Source: Octopus sinensis
Taxonomy: Eukaryota
Direction of reading: 5' to 3'
Length of the DNA stretch: 64,000 bases
Assembly (NCBI RefSeq): GCF_006345805.1
Contig: NC_043014.1
Span: 28,768,001-28,832,000, forward strand
Positions 11,852 through 26,949 of the stretch are shown piece by piece. The notes beneath the pieces are model-generated. The model saw only the letters and a program-made list of their open reading frames with translations. It had not been told where the DNA came from and did not search any database. The position numbers were made by a program, and so were the translations under genes. Position 1 is the stretch's first letter. Every line of letters starts with the position of its first letter.

Positions 11852-13603
11852 CCCGCTTGAACAACCAGATTGCAACGTTGGTAGACTCAACAGGCGTATC
11901 GATTGAGGACCCTTATCAACAGAGTCAATTATTTGCCGAGGCTTTTTCAACTATTTTCAAACAAGATGATGGTCGTGAACCCCCTCCATTTGATAGATCG
12001 GTACCTCCAATGCTTCGATTGGTCATCACGCGGGACGAAGTCAAACGTGTTATTCAAGGCCTCGATGTCAACAAGGGTCACGGCCCTGACGGCATACACC
12101 CACGGGTTATCAAAGCGTTGGCTCCGGTCATCTGCGAGCCCTTAACACGACTATTCAATATGTCATTGGCGACGGGTGTTATACCTGCAGACTGGAGAAC
12201 AGTGATAATCTGCCCAATTTTCAAGAAAGGGAGCCGCGAAGACTCGCTTAACTACCGACCGGTTTCCCTTACATCAATAATCAGCAAGATGTTCGAAACC
12301 ATCCTTAAGAAAAGTATGATGCTCCACCTCCTAAACACAGCCTCTATCTCTGATTCTCAACACGGCTTCGTGCCGAAGAGATTATGCTTGACCAACTTAC
12401 TAGTAATGGAAGAATTGGTGACGCGCATCCTCGATGATAGTGATGCTGTTGACGTCGTTTTATTGGACTTTGCCAAAGCTTTTGACTCGGTAAACCACCG
12501 CCTATTACTTGTCAAGCTTCAAGCATATAGTTTCCATCCGGATATTATACGATGCGTTTGTGCCTTCCTCTCAGATCGCTCCTTCCAAGTCCAAGTTAAT
12601 GGTTCGCGTTCCGACGTCTCCAGTGCGAGCAGTGGCGTGCCTCAAGGTTCAGTGCTTGGGCCCTTGTTGTTCTTAGTCTTCATAAATGACTTGCCCGACG
12701 ACCTCACGCAACACACCCTTCTATTTGCCGACGATATCAAACTGGTCGCTCCTCGCGGTAATATAAAGGATCTTCGTCGATGCCTCCACCAACTTTGGAA
12801 GTGGTCTAACGATTGGGACCTGTGTCTGAACGTGTCAAAGTGCTGTTATCTGCCTGTCGGCTCTACTCCTGCAACTCAACTTCATTTCGAGCCGGGTCGT
12901 CTGCTGCTGGAGAGGACCGATCAGGTAAAGGACCTGGGTATCTTGGTGGATTCCTCCTTTTGGCCTTCGGCCCAGTGCGTCCATGCTGCCAACAAAGCAC
13001 GCGGAATTCTGTTCTTGATTCGACGGTCATTCGGAATGCTCACAGCAGCCATATTCCTACCACTCTATGTCACGCTGGTGAGACCCATATTGGAGTATGG
13101 GATTCAAGCCTCTTCTCCTTATCTCCTCAAAGACATACAGCATCTCGAAAGAGTCCAGAAGCTGGCTACCCGCATGGTTCATGGTCTCAAAAATTTGTCC
13201 TACGAAGAAAGGCTGAGGACGCTCGACCTTTATTCTCTTGAAAAACGCCGCCGCCGTGGTGATCTCATTCTCGCCCACAACATCATAAGCGGAAAGTGTA
13301 ACCTCTCGAAAGAGCTGTTCTTCACTCCTGCTCCAGAGCGTCGGCTGCGGGGTCATTCCGAAAAGCTCTACCTGCGACGATTTCATCTTAATCGAAGGAG
13401 AGGAGCTTTCTCCGTCCGGGTTGCGGATCCGTGGAACAAGCTGCCAGACGAGATGGTGAAGATTCCGACGACCGCTTTGTTCAAAGCCTCCCTGGACCTC
13501 AAGTGGCCTGAACTCTTTACATGAACACCACCCTGTACTTAACTCCATGTCCCCCTACATGGCCTTGCTATTTGCTTTTGAGCCAAATTAACTAACTAAC
13601 TAA
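11852..13603 (+). mobile_element. 5'-truncated CR1-group LINE, young copy
   Basis: RT ORF, short 3' UTR and (TAAC)n tail at ~13588-13603; begins abruptly after an unrelated SINE-tail relic and ends in (AT)n; no endonuclease domain present. Confidence 0.9.
11857..13524 (+). CDS. non-LTR retrotransposon reverse transcriptase (C-terminal part of ORF2, no true start)
   Basis: Uninterrupted 555 codons with GPDGIHP, NYRPVSLTS, QHGF, LDFAKAFDSV, GVPQGSVLGPLLF, LFADD, KDLGI, VRPILEY, LERVQ, RRRGDLI and LRGH motifs typical of CR1-group RTs. Confidence 0.9.
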   Translation: MNNQIATLVDSTGVSIEDPYQQSQLFAEAFSTIFKQDDGREPPPFDRSVPPMLRLVITRDEVKRVIQGLDVNKGHGPDGIHPRVIKALAPVICEPLTRLFNMSLATGVIPADWRTVIICPIFKKGSREDSLNYRPVSLTSIISKMFETILKKSMMLHLLNTASISDSQHGFVPKRLCLTNLLVMEELVTRILDDSDAVDVVLLDFAKAFDSVNHRLLLVKLQAYSFHPDIIRCVCAFLSDRSFQVQVNGSRSDVSSASSGVPQGSVLGPLLFLVFINDLPDDLTQHTLLFADDIKLVAPRGNIKDLRRCLHQLWKWSNDWDLCLNVSKCCYLPVGSTPATQLHFEPGRLLLERTDQVKDLGILVDSSFWPSAQCVHAANKARGILFLIRRSFGMLTAAIFLPLYVTLVRPILEYGIQASSPYLLKDIQHLERVQKLATRMVHGLKNLSYEERLRTLDLYSLEKRRRRGDLILAHNIISGKCNLSKELFFTPAPERRLRGHSEKLYLRRFHLNRRRGAFSVRVADPWNKLPDEMVKIPTTALFKASLDLKWPELFT

Positions 13604-13604
13604 C

Positions 13605-13657
<53 letters not shown>

Positions 13658-13658
<1 letters not shown>

Positions 13659-13712
13659 GTGCTCCAGCATGGCCATAGTCAAATGACTGAAACAAGTAAA
13701 AGAATAAAAGTA
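13658..13712 (+). mobile_element. isolated family-C 3' tail within (AT)n
   Basis: GGTGCTCCAGCATGGCCATAGTCAAATGACTGAAACAAGTAAAAGAATAAAAG. Confidence 0.75.
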
Positions 13713-13755
13713 TATATGGATATATACATATACACACACACATATATACATATTT

Positions 13756-13827
<72 letters not shown>

Positions 13828-14611
13828 AATAATGAGGGAGATAAATTAATATTAATTTAAATATCAATTTAAAATCACTAGTCTAGCATACAAAAAATCT
13901 GAGAAATCAGAGAAAATTCTAATATATGTGTATATTGGCAGGGCAAGACTGCTAGGTAGTCGGCCGTATGCTAGAAATAGATCATCAACGATCAAACTAC
14001 AAGGAAAGTTCTCCAGAGGAAAAATTCAGCGAACACCAGAACCAAATTTGGCGGATATATATACGTATATATATATATATATATATATACATATATATAT
14101 AGAGAGAGAGAGGGAGGGGGAGGAGGGAGAGAGAAGGGAAGAGAGAGGAGAGAGGTAGAGAGAAAGAAAGCATAATAACATCTAGAAAAACAAAGCAATT
14201 GTTGATAGCAATTAAATGTTATATAGAATTCCCATAAAAAAGTTACGTATGAACTACAAACCAAAACGCACACACCATGTACTTATATAGATTACACACA
14301 CACACACACACACACATACGCACACACACGTATATATATCTATATATATATATATACATATACTTATACACACACACATCTGTGTAATGAAGTAAGATCA
14401 GTCATTGCTTACTGAAAACTGGAGTTAATGCTAAAGATCAGCAACTCCGTAAGTGGTGATTTCTCCAGTGAAATCCCGACCGTTACAGCTTTCCACAAAA
14501 ATCCAACAATAAAAGATGTTAATCACCACCTTAGTCAGAAAGTCATGGAGGTTTATAAACGACATTAAAAAACAAAAGAAAATAAAGTTACCTTCTCAAG
14601 TTATACTCACC

Positions 14612-14813
14612 CCTAAGGGCCGGTTTCCCGGTTAAAATAGCGTATAAAATCCCCACCTGGACTCCGGTCCGTGGTAGGATCACACATTTTTGCCACACGA
14701 ATGAAATGAAGTGTTTTGCTGAAGGACACAACACGTCACCGAATTCAGGAATCGAAACCACAATCTTACGATCTTGAGTACAAAACCCTAACCACTAAGC
14801 CACACGCCTCCAC
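14612..14813 (-). mobile_element. SINE family A (diverged)
   Basis: Reverse strand GTGGAGGCGTGTGGCTTAGTGGTTAGGG...GTTTCGATTCCTG...AACCGGGAAACCGGCCC. Confidence 0.75.
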
Positions 14814-15105
14814 TATAGACATAATGAATCATTCTTTCACACTAACATACAGGAAATACAGGAAATCATCAATAAAACACAGTCGTAGTCACACACGCAC
14901 ACACACATACAAGTAATAATTTAAAATATGGATAAACGGTGATTTATAAAACGAGCAATCTTTTGACAATTCATCTGATGAGATACATATGCAACAATGA
15001 TGCACCACAACTGTTTGTACAGCTCCTCACCCGCATGATGCACAATGAGCCGAAACGATCGTAGTGTTTTATAAAAAATTCGTGAATTCCATTTTCTTTC
15101 TCTCT

Positions 15106-15162
<57 letters not shown>

Positions 15163-15210
15163 GTATGTATGCATGTATGTATGTATATGTATGTATATAT
15201 GTGTATATAT

Positions 15211-15615
15211 AGGTGCAGGAGTGGCTGTGTGGTAAGTAGCTTGCTTACCTACCACATGGTTCCGGGTTCAGTCCCACTGCGTGGCACCTTGTGCAAGTGT
15301 TTTCTACTATAGCCTCGGGCCGACGAAAGCCTTGTAGACGGAAACTGAAGGAAACCCGTCGTATATGTATCTATGTGTATATGTATGTGTGTGTATATGT
15401 TTGGGTATCTTTGTTTGTCCCCCAGCATCGCTTGATAACCGATGCTGGTGTATTTACGTCCCCGTCACTTAGCGGTTCGGCAAAAGAGACCGATAGAATA
15501 AGTACTAGGTCTACGAAGAATAAGTCCTGGGATCGATTCCTTCGACTAAAGGCGGTTCTCCAGCGTGGCCGCAGTCCAGTGACTGAAACAAGTAAAAGAG
15601 TAAAAGAATAAGAAT
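15211..15615 (+). mobile_element. tRNA-derived SINE family C, full length, with internal microsatellite
   Basis: TGGCTGTGTGGTAAG A-box-like, GGGTTCAGTCCC B-box-like, internal TG/TA tract, tail GGCGGTTCTCCAGCGTGGCC...GAAACAAGTAAAAGA; homologue at 32270-32590. Confidence 0.85.
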
Positions 15616-15632
15616 ATATATATATATATATA

Positions 15633-16008
15633 CACTTGCGTCAGAAATTAATTAGCACTTCTCAAATTTCTATATTAAATAGGTTAAATCAATTAACCTA
15701 TGAGCTGTTCAAAACGTCTTACGCGATGAGAAAACTTAGTATGGTGTGATTTCGGTCCTTGCGAGGCGCTACCTATATCTATTAAACAAAGGAAGATTTG
15801 TCTGCATCCGCACTCCAATTGTTGCACTGCTATGTCAACATCATAAGGCTGTAGACTCTCAAACTGCTCTGCAAACAAAGTTACGTGATCGTTCTGCGCA
15901 ACAGTGAACTCGCAACAAAGCAATAGTTCGAGATATGGCCACTAGGTGACAGCACATACCTTGAGTGAAGAGCAAATCAAGGGTGCTAATTAATTTCTGA
16001 CGGTAGTG
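15633..16008. mobile_element. Tc1-type MITE (376 bp)
   Basis: 26-bp TIRs CACTTGCGTCAGAAATTAATTAGCAC / GTGCTAATTAATTTCTGACGGTAGTG (24/26 match), flanked by TA within (TA)n; no transposase. Confidence 0.85.
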
Positions 16009-16069
16009 TATATATATATATATAATATATATATATATATAATATATATATATATAGATAGATAGATAG

Positions 16070-16143
<74 letters not shown>

Positions 16144-17544
16144 TGTATCTATATTTATATTCATATATATAAGTGTATATCTGACCTTAGTATGCAGCAA
16201 AATAATGGAAAGATATGTCGTATACAAAAGGCTATTGAGAACAAGTTGAGTTAAGTTTTGCAGCAGAAGCCTCAGTCTTTGCATTACTAATATCACCAGT
16301 GATACATACATGCAACGATATGATGTACATGGGTCTTGCGTATTAAACATAGTCATAATAAACATAAGTATTAGTTGGTCTAAAGTGCTCAGTTATAATT
16401 TAGGAGACACACTTTGTGTATGACTTGATAGCTCAAAAGTCGTTGCGCCTGTCTATTTAGTCCCTTTGAGTTTTAATTTGTAACTTCATAATTTAATTCA
16501 TAATCAAAAACGAAGATATTTATAAAATAGGCAGGCGAAGGAAAAGATCACTCCAGATATACTATACAACGATTAAGTGACTGTATCTCCGCTTAATGTT
16601 TCTTAGGTTAAGTGATATTTTCTTTTAATCGCTTAGCTTCGGAGGTCTTCTACCATTTTAAGAGTTGTCTGTCATCGAGCATCTTAAATGGCACAAGTGA
16701 GAAACAAGCATAAGGCATCAACAAATTTTGTTTTTGCATTTCACATATAGTTTCTTGACTTTTCAGTTTGTTATTTATTTTTTCTTTTCCTTGCGTTATT
16801 TCACGTTATTTTTGGAGGAGCATTTTATACTGGATGGGGTGAAAATCCAACAAAAGAAGAAAGTATTTTAATGAATGCAACTGCAAGAAATAATTGTTGC
16901 AGTTATATATATAGCTAAAAGTTGCTAAAAACAAGAAAATTCATAGACTAAAAATGAGAAAATACAAAAAGAAGCAAGTGAAAATATAATATGCAGTTTA
17001 ATATTCAAACGTGGGTGAGCAATGAAAGCGCAAAACAAAAGAATGAACAGTATCTAGTTGGAAATTTGCAGATGAAAGAGAGTCATATAATGCTGTGAGC
17101 CAATTACCTCTCACAGAACGAATATTAAATTTAAACCGTAATAATATGCAAACATCGCCGCCGTAAAATAAACATTGCCAAGAAACACAGAGAGAAATTA
17201 CTTTTTTGTTTCAGCCAAACTACATAGAAATGCACAAAATTATAATTCTGTGCGCACATTATTCATACTACATGGCCAATAAATGTTGTGAAAATGTAAC
17301 TTTGCATACGTAATAGCTACATATTCCTTGAATGAATGTATGACAAATATATATGTATGCTTAATATTTCACACTCATAAGCATCCACAAATATATATTA
17401 ACATAAGTAGTTTAAGATCTATACAACAATGTGTAAAGGAAGACAGGGATTTAGCAGAAGCTGTAGTATGAATAAAGGCGGGTCATGTTTTGATCGAAGT
17501 ACCTTCCGGTTGTGTATAAATAAATATGTGTAATCATATGATTT

Positions 17545-17594
17545 TGATTTTTCCAGTTTCAGCTAATGAGCTGTGGCCATGCTGGGGCACCGCC

Positions 17595-17595
<1 letters not shown>
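17545..17595 (-). mobile_element. isolated family-C 3' tail next to (AT)n
   Basis: AGTTTCAGCTAATGAGCTGTGGCCATGCTGGGGCAC; near-identical fragment at ~49515-49551. Confidence 0.65.
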
Positions 17596-17678
<83 letters not shown>

Positions 17679-18039
17679 CAGTTGGACATCTCCATACATG
17701 TGCATTTATGCATTATGTTTGTTTACTTTATAATACGAGAGCATTGCTCGACTCATTTTGCAAAGTGAATGCAAGCAGTTAATGTAGTGAAAGAACCAAT
17801 AAATATGATGCTATTGATAAAAGATTGTAGATCTGGTTAACATGTGTTTATATAAATACGAAACATGTTTGTATTTGCTCGTTGTATGTCTTTTCGTAGT
17901 GGGATGGTTGGTGAAGAGGAAGAATTAAAAGCAATATATGTCAAAGGCTAGAAGAGCCACTCACAAAGAAGTCGATGACCAATCATACGCGAAGAAGAGA
18001 CACGAGCCATAAGGTTAACTGTCTATTGAACACATACAT

Positions 18040-18212
18040 TACTATATTGCGCCCCTATACCAAGCCATGTCGAGTCAGTATGACAGAGTAGGCGCATCAA
18101 ACTAGTATGATCTCGAGCTCAAATGCACGACCCCCCACACTGGACCGTGGTTAGTGGAGAGAACATGCGGAGGCATTCGACCTGCAGTGGACTGAACATA
18201 GGCAACCCAATC
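18040..18212 (+). mobile_element. possible RTE-type LINE 3' end (decayed)
   Basis: GAGGCATTCGACCTGCAGTGGACTGAACATAGGC resembles, from recall, conserved RTE 3' tails; followed by (CA)n. Confidence 0.35.
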
Positions 18213-18351
18213 CACACACACACGCAAAAATACACACACACATATATATATATGTATGTATGTTTGTATATATATATATATGCAAACACACACACGCACA
18301 CACATAAAAACACACACACACACATAAAAACACACACACACACACACAGAT

Positions 18352-18592
18352 ACCAAGTCTGATCGAAAAGTATCGGAAGTGGTGCTATAGAACGAAAAAA
18401 ACTTATTCATTTAGTATTAAATCTCCTTCGAAGTAGTTCCCTTCTGAATCTACACACTATAACCAGCATAGTTTCTATTGATGGAACTCCTTTTGGAATA
18501 GCGAATAGCTGCCTTGTTGCATTCGCTTGAATTTCTTCGACGTCTTGAGATATTTGTATCTTTCAAGTAAGATTTCATTTTCTGAAAGAATC
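18352..18592 (-). mobile_element. mariner transposase 3' relic with terminus
   Basis: Minus strand reads ...QDVEEIQANATRQL...CVDSEGNYFEGD*, a mariner C-terminus, followed by a TIR-like end. Confidence 0.7.
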
Positions 18593-18616
18593 TTGGCCGT
18601 AATAACCTTCAACGCC

Positions 18617-18649
<33 letters not shown>

Positions 18650-19184
18650 ATACACACACGCACACATTTTTTTCTGCCATGGTCACCGATGGAACATGTG
18701 TAGTGTCGTGAGAAGACCACACTCTACACACATTATTTCAAGGCAGCATTTTAAGCAACAGAACTGTACACGACCGTTGTAACTTATTGTGCATGCGTGA
18801 CAGTGCTCAAGATCAACCTGTGCCAAGCGGCTTCACTCTGCGTCCTTTGTTGGATCAGGCCTCGTACATATGTGTGTGTATGTCCTGATTAGAAAGGTTG
18901 GACTTGACTGGAAGAGAAGGTATCAAAGCACAAATGCAATATCGTTTTAATACTCTTCACCATACTTTCAATACATTGAATGCTAACATTGGCAAAAGGC
19001 TGAAAATTATACAAGACAATACTGTCGAATGAATTTACTGGTTCTTATTTTTCCAGGATGGTGAAGGTTAGATTTTTCTTTCGCAAGATTTGAAATCGGG
19101 TCCGAACACAATGGGGTATAGTTTAATAAAACAATGAATTTATTTAGTCATCACTATCATTTTTAATATTGTGACAAGTAATGA

Positions 19185-19392
19185 GGACGTGAGCTAGCAG
19201 AAATGTTAGTACGCCGGGGAAAATACTTAGAAGCATTTCGTCCCTTTTTACGTTCTGAGTTCAAATTCCGCTGAGGTCGACTTTGCCGTTCATCCATTCG
19301 ATGTCGATAAAATAAGTACCAGTTAGTCGATGTAATCAATTACTTCACTCCTCTGAAATTGCTGGCCTTGTGCCAAAATTTTAAACCAATAT
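19185..19392 (+). mobile_element. SINE family B, type-1 tail
   Basis: GAGCTAGCAGAA...GAGTTCAAATTCCGCTGAGGTCGACTTTGCC...AAATTGCTGGCCTTGTGCCAAAA. Confidence 0.85.
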
Positions 19393-19794
19393 TATGACAG
19401 ACAATGTTTGTTAGAAGCTATATTTCATGGAGTCACCTCATCTATCAAGTTTTACAAATATATCGTCTAACCTCATATGAAGTTTTTGTATATTTCAAAA
19501 ATATTACACCGGGATATTAAGAATTTCGTGGGCTCAGTTTTATAATAATTCAATCTCATTGACAAATGAAGAGAGAATGGATGAAGTTTGGTGGCTTGGA
19601 TCATTGGCTTACAAAACCGAGTTAATTTTAGTCGATATGACAAACTGTTAATAATAGACCAGCTTTCAGTTCTGAGTCAGATATATTTCTCTTTTAATCT
19701 AATTAAAGCACTGGATATAAATACCGGCTTTATAGATTCTTCGGATTCGATAAGAATTAAAATAAAGATAGCTTAACAATGCTAATAGTCTCAA

Positions 19795-20000
19795 GTTCTG
19801 TTACAAGGCCAGCAAGTTTGGGGGTAGGGTAAGTCAATTCCATCAACTTCAGTACTCGACTGGTAATTATTTTATTGACCCCAAAAGGACGAATGGCTAA
19901 CTCGACTTCGGCGGAATTTAAACTTAGAACATATTGACAGACGAAATACCGCTAAGCATTTTGTCCGACGTTACTAATCGTTCTGCCAGCCCACCGCCTT
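19795..20000 (-). mobile_element. SINE family B
   Basis: Reverse complement of the family-B sequence (head AAGGCGGTGGGCTGGCAGAA). Confidence 0.8.
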
Positions 20001-20070
20001 AACAACAACAACAACAACAATAATAATAATAATATAATAATAATAATAATATAATAATAATAATAATAAT

Positions 20071-20690
20071 GGACTTGCCCCATGATAAAAACTGGTGGGA
20101 ACACAAAGCACCTCCAGTGCTTGAAAATGATCACATCTCACTCCTCTGGAACTTCACCATTCAAACTGACAGAAAGATGCAAATAGGCCAGACATCATAT
20201 TGAAAGACTTCAGACAAAAATCATGCCTCCTCATTCATATGACTGTCCCAATCGATATAAATGTATCTGTCAAGACCTACCAAAAAGTAGGCAAGTATAA
20301 AGATCTTGAAATAGAAATTAGCAAACTGTGGAACCTTTAGACTAAAACAATACCTGTTGTCATAGGTGCTCTGGGAATGATAGCAAAATGGGCTGATTGC
20401 TACCTAGCTCAGATACCAGGAAACCCCAACATGGCAGAAATTCAAAAGATAGTGCTCATGGGAACTGCTCATATCCTACGTAACATACTATCTATGTAAT
20501 CTCAAATTTGAAAACAAACTCATAATTTTCTTGTTTTCTTAATCTTTCTCTAGAACACTACTATGTGCAAAACCAAATATATGACACCCTAGACATAACA
20601 CTGACATGAACTTCTAACTTGTTGTTTCTTGAGGTCTCTGGGTGAGACTTGGAGTCAACTTGTACAAACACAAAGCAAAAGTCAATCATA
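20071..20690 (+). mobile_element. R4/Dong-type non-LTR element, 3' fragment (RLE domain + 3' UTR), subfamily 1
   Basis: WWEH..P.VLEND.ISLLWNFTIQTDR/ANRPDII...KYKDLEIEISKLW...PVVIGALG...GTAHILR (one frameshift, one stop); (TAA)n on both sides. Confidence 0.88.
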
Positions 20691-20710
20691 TAATAATAAT
20701 GATAATACTG

Positions 20711-20782
<72 letters not shown>

Positions 20783-20803
20783 GTAATAATAATAATGATA
20801 ATA

Positions 20804-21363
<560 letters not shown>

Positions 21364-21388
21364 TAACAATAACAATAACAATAATAAT

Positions 21389-21440
<52 letters not shown>

Positions 21441-21456
21441 TTAGTAATAATAATAA

Positions 21457-21816
21457 TATCAATAGCGGCTGATGACAACGTGTCTCTAAAAGAAATGGAG
21501 AAACACTCAAAATACAAAGACCTGGAAATAGAGGTAACCAGAATGTGGAATCTAAAAACAGAAACAATTCCTATCATAGTAGGTGCATTAGGCATGATAA
21601 AAAAATATTCAGACAAATACATAACAAAAACACCAGGACTTACAAAAACATATAACATACAGAAAATTGCATTACTAGGCACTGCACACATCCTACGCAG
21701 AACACTTTCCATAAAATAACCATCAGAGCATCACAACAAATCACAGCACATACCCAAGGCACACAGAGCTGCGCTCGGTAGTGAAGTGAAAGCACGCTAT
21801 AAAAATAAAACTACTG
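21457..21816 (+). mobile_element. R4/Dong-type 3' fragment, subfamily 2 (second copy)
   Basis: ORF 21480-21719 KYKDLEIEVTRMW...PIIVGALG...GTAHILRRTLS; same 3' terminus as 20804-21266; (TAA)n flanks. Confidence 0.88.
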
Positions 21817-21971
21817 AATAATAATAATAAATAATAATAATAATAATAAAATAATAATAATAATATAATAATAAAGCAAAAGTCAATCATATAATAATAA
21901 TGATAATACTGATAATAATAATAATAATAATAAAAATAATATTATTAATAATAATAATAATAATAATAATT

Positions 21972-22002
<31 letters not shown>

Positions 22003-22027
22003 TAAAAATAATAATAATAATAATAAT

Positions 22028-22058
<31 letters not shown>

Positions 22059-22397
22059 ATAATAATAATAATAATATTATAATAATATTAATAAATAATA
22101 ATAATAATTAATAATAATAATATCTATAATAATAATAATATTAATAATATAATAATAATAAATAATAAAATAATAATAATAATAATAATATAATAGTAAT
22201 AATAATAATATTAATAATAATAATATTAATATAATAATAATATATTAATAATTATAATAATGATAATAATAATAATATAATAATAATAATATTAATAATA
22301 ATAATAATAAATAATAATAATAATAATAATAATATTAATATAATAATAATAATATTAATAATTATAATAATGATAATAATATAATAATAATAATAAT

Positions 22398-22429
<32 letters not shown>

Positions 22430-22679
22430 TTAATTCTAATAATAATAATAATAATAATAATATTAATAAATAATAATTATAATAATAATATATTAATAAA
22501 ATAATAACATTAATAATAATAATAATATTAATAATAATAATAATAATAATAGAATAATAATATTAATAATAATAATAATAATAATAATAATGATAATAAT
22601 AATGATAATAATAATGATAATAATAATATTAATAATATAATAATAATAATATATTAATAATAATATATAATAATAATAT

Positions 22680-22774
<95 letters not shown>

Positions 22775-22775
22775 C

Positions 22776-22809
<34 letters not shown>

Positions 22810-22841
22810 TAATAATAATAAAATATTAATAATAATAATAT
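21817..22841. repeat. ~1-kb degenerate (TAA)n array
   Basis: Directly visible; interrupted by a short non-TAA duplicate at ~21873. Confidence 0.95.
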
Positions 22842-23511
22842 AGAGCCTATGGAACTTGGAACGAGACAGTAGCACACACTGCGATAAAATGCTCCAAGTT
22901 GGCACAGGAAGAGTTTAAGAAACGAAGACACAGCCAAGTTATAATAGTTTTACACTGTAAACTTTGTCAGAAATGGGAATTTGAAGCTAGAAACACATGT
23001 TACTATCATCAGGTCGAAAGAGTTTTGGAGTCGGAGAAATGTAAGATTTTGTGGGACCTCCCTATTCAAACGGACAAGAAGTTAGAAAATAATAGACCAG
23101 ACATAATTATCGGTAAGGAAAAGCGAAGTTGCTCACTAATTATGCCCGTTTGATTCCAGGATCGAAAAGAAAGAGGACGAAACACACACATACGTACGCG
23201 CGCACACATATGCAAGTACACACACGCACGTACACACACATACACACATACACAGAAGAATACAATCCTTTAAAATTTGAAGCAGGAAGAATTTGGAGTA
23301 TGAGAACTATCAAGATCGTACCTATAAAAGTTGGTGCTTTGGGAACAATTAACCAAGATATAGAAGGCCGAAGAAGTTTCGAATATAATGCCCTATAGAG
23401 CTCCTAGAAAAGGAAGCACTTGAAAGACTGCTGAAAATTTGTGGACACCCAAGGTGTAACCTGCTGCCACCATAAATCCTACCAGGAATAAGACCGAATC
23501 TGATGCGAACC
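22842..23511 (+). mobile_element. R4/Dong-type 3' fragment (zinc-knuckle remnant + RLE), subfamily 3
   Basis: ETVAH..C.KLAQEEFKKRRH, KILWDLPIQTDKKLENNRPDII, IVPIKVGALGT; interrupted by a (CA)n tract; triplet-repeat flanks. Confidence 0.8.
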
Positions 23512-23530
23512 AATAATACTGCTGCTGCTG

Positions 23531-25576
<2,046 letters not shown>

Positions 25577-25914
25577 GTGTGTATGTGTTTGTGATGGAGA
25601 ACACGGTGGTCATGTTACACAGACTTCTAGTTAAAGAACTGATGCCTGCTTGTTGAGTGTGAGCTATTTAACAATAACGGCAACAAAGGATTAAATGGTT
25701 CCTCTGGAGAGCTTTTCCAGCTATTGAATGATAAAAGATGCTGACACCTGCTGGTTTCTTGAGTGACGAGGTGTTACATAGATGCATTATAAATGAAAAT
25801 AGTTAGCAACTTTGACAATTCTTTCCGAATTGTTAAATGATAATGGTAATCTGTTTAGAGTTTAATTTCTTTAAAAAATTTTACGCTTCTATACATACAA
25901 ATGTTACAGTGTAT

Positions 25915-26022
25915 GTAATGATGGCGGTGGTGGTGATGATGATGATGATGATGATGTTAGTGAAGATGCTGCTGATGATGATGATGATGATGGTGATGTT
26001 GATGATAATGATGATGATGATG

Positions 26023-26073
<51 letters not shown>

Positions 26074-26243
26074 TAATAAGAAGAAGAAGAAGAAGAAGAA
26101 GAAAAGAAGAAGAAGAGAAGAAGAAGAAGAAGAAGAAGAAGAAGAAGAAGAAAAGAAGAAGAAGAAGAAGAAGAAGAAGAAGAAGAAGAAGAAGAAGAAG
26201 AAGAAGAAGAAGAAGAAGAAGAAGAAGAAGAAGAAGAAGAAGA
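25915..26243. repeat. compound (ATG)n-(ATA)n-(AAG)n microsatellite
   Basis: Directly visible stepwise change of the triplet unit. Confidence 0.95.
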
Positions 26244-26935
26244 ATCCTTTCTACTATAGTCACAAGACCTGAAATTTGAGGCGGGTCTAGTCGATTACAT
26301 TGACCCCAGTATTTAACTGGTATTTATATTATTGACCCCCAAGGGATGAACGGTAAAGTCGAGCCCGGCAGCAATTGAACACAAAGCGCGAATAGAGACG
26401 AAATATCGCTAAGCATTCGCCCGACGTGCCAACTGTTCTGTCAGCTCACCGCCTTAATAATAATAATCGCCTAATGCACAAAACCTGAAGCCAAGTGTGG
26501 CGAACTGACTCAATGATACTGTGCCGTACTAAATGCTTTGCAGCATTTCTTCTGGGTTTAATTTCTGATTTTAAACGCAACCGAGGTCATTGTCTTTCAC
26601 CTTTTTGGGCTCGATAACATAAATACCAGCTGAAGACTGTCGTTGATGTCATCGAAAAAGTTTCAATCTTTGAGTCAGTAGAAAGAATTATTATTGTTAT
26701 TAAGACGTTGAACTGACAGAATGGTTGGTGTGTCGGACAAAATGCGTAGCGGTATTTCTTCCGGCTCTTCACGTTCTGAGTTTCAATACCGCCGAGGTTA
26801 ACTTGCCTTCTTTCCATTCTGGTTCAATAAAATAAAATACCAGTGAAGTACTTGGGTCGATATAACCGATCACCCCACCACTGCCACCAGCACCACTAAA
26901 ATTGCAAGCCTTGTGCCATTTTGAAGCAATTATTA
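26243..26935. mobile_element. cluster of three SINE family B copies
   Basis: 26243-26456 (-), ~26500-26690 (+, diverged) and ~26703-26935 (+). Confidence 0.75.
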
Positions 26936-26949
26936 TTCTTATACGTCAT

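Noticed and set aside
12813-13548. 142-aa and 163-aa ORFs overlapping the RT
   Set aside because: Alternate-frame and antisense shadows of a GC-rich RT ORF.
13588-13603. (TAAC)n as a telomeric repeat
   Set aside because: Only about four units, located at the LINE 3' end; a CR1-type tail.
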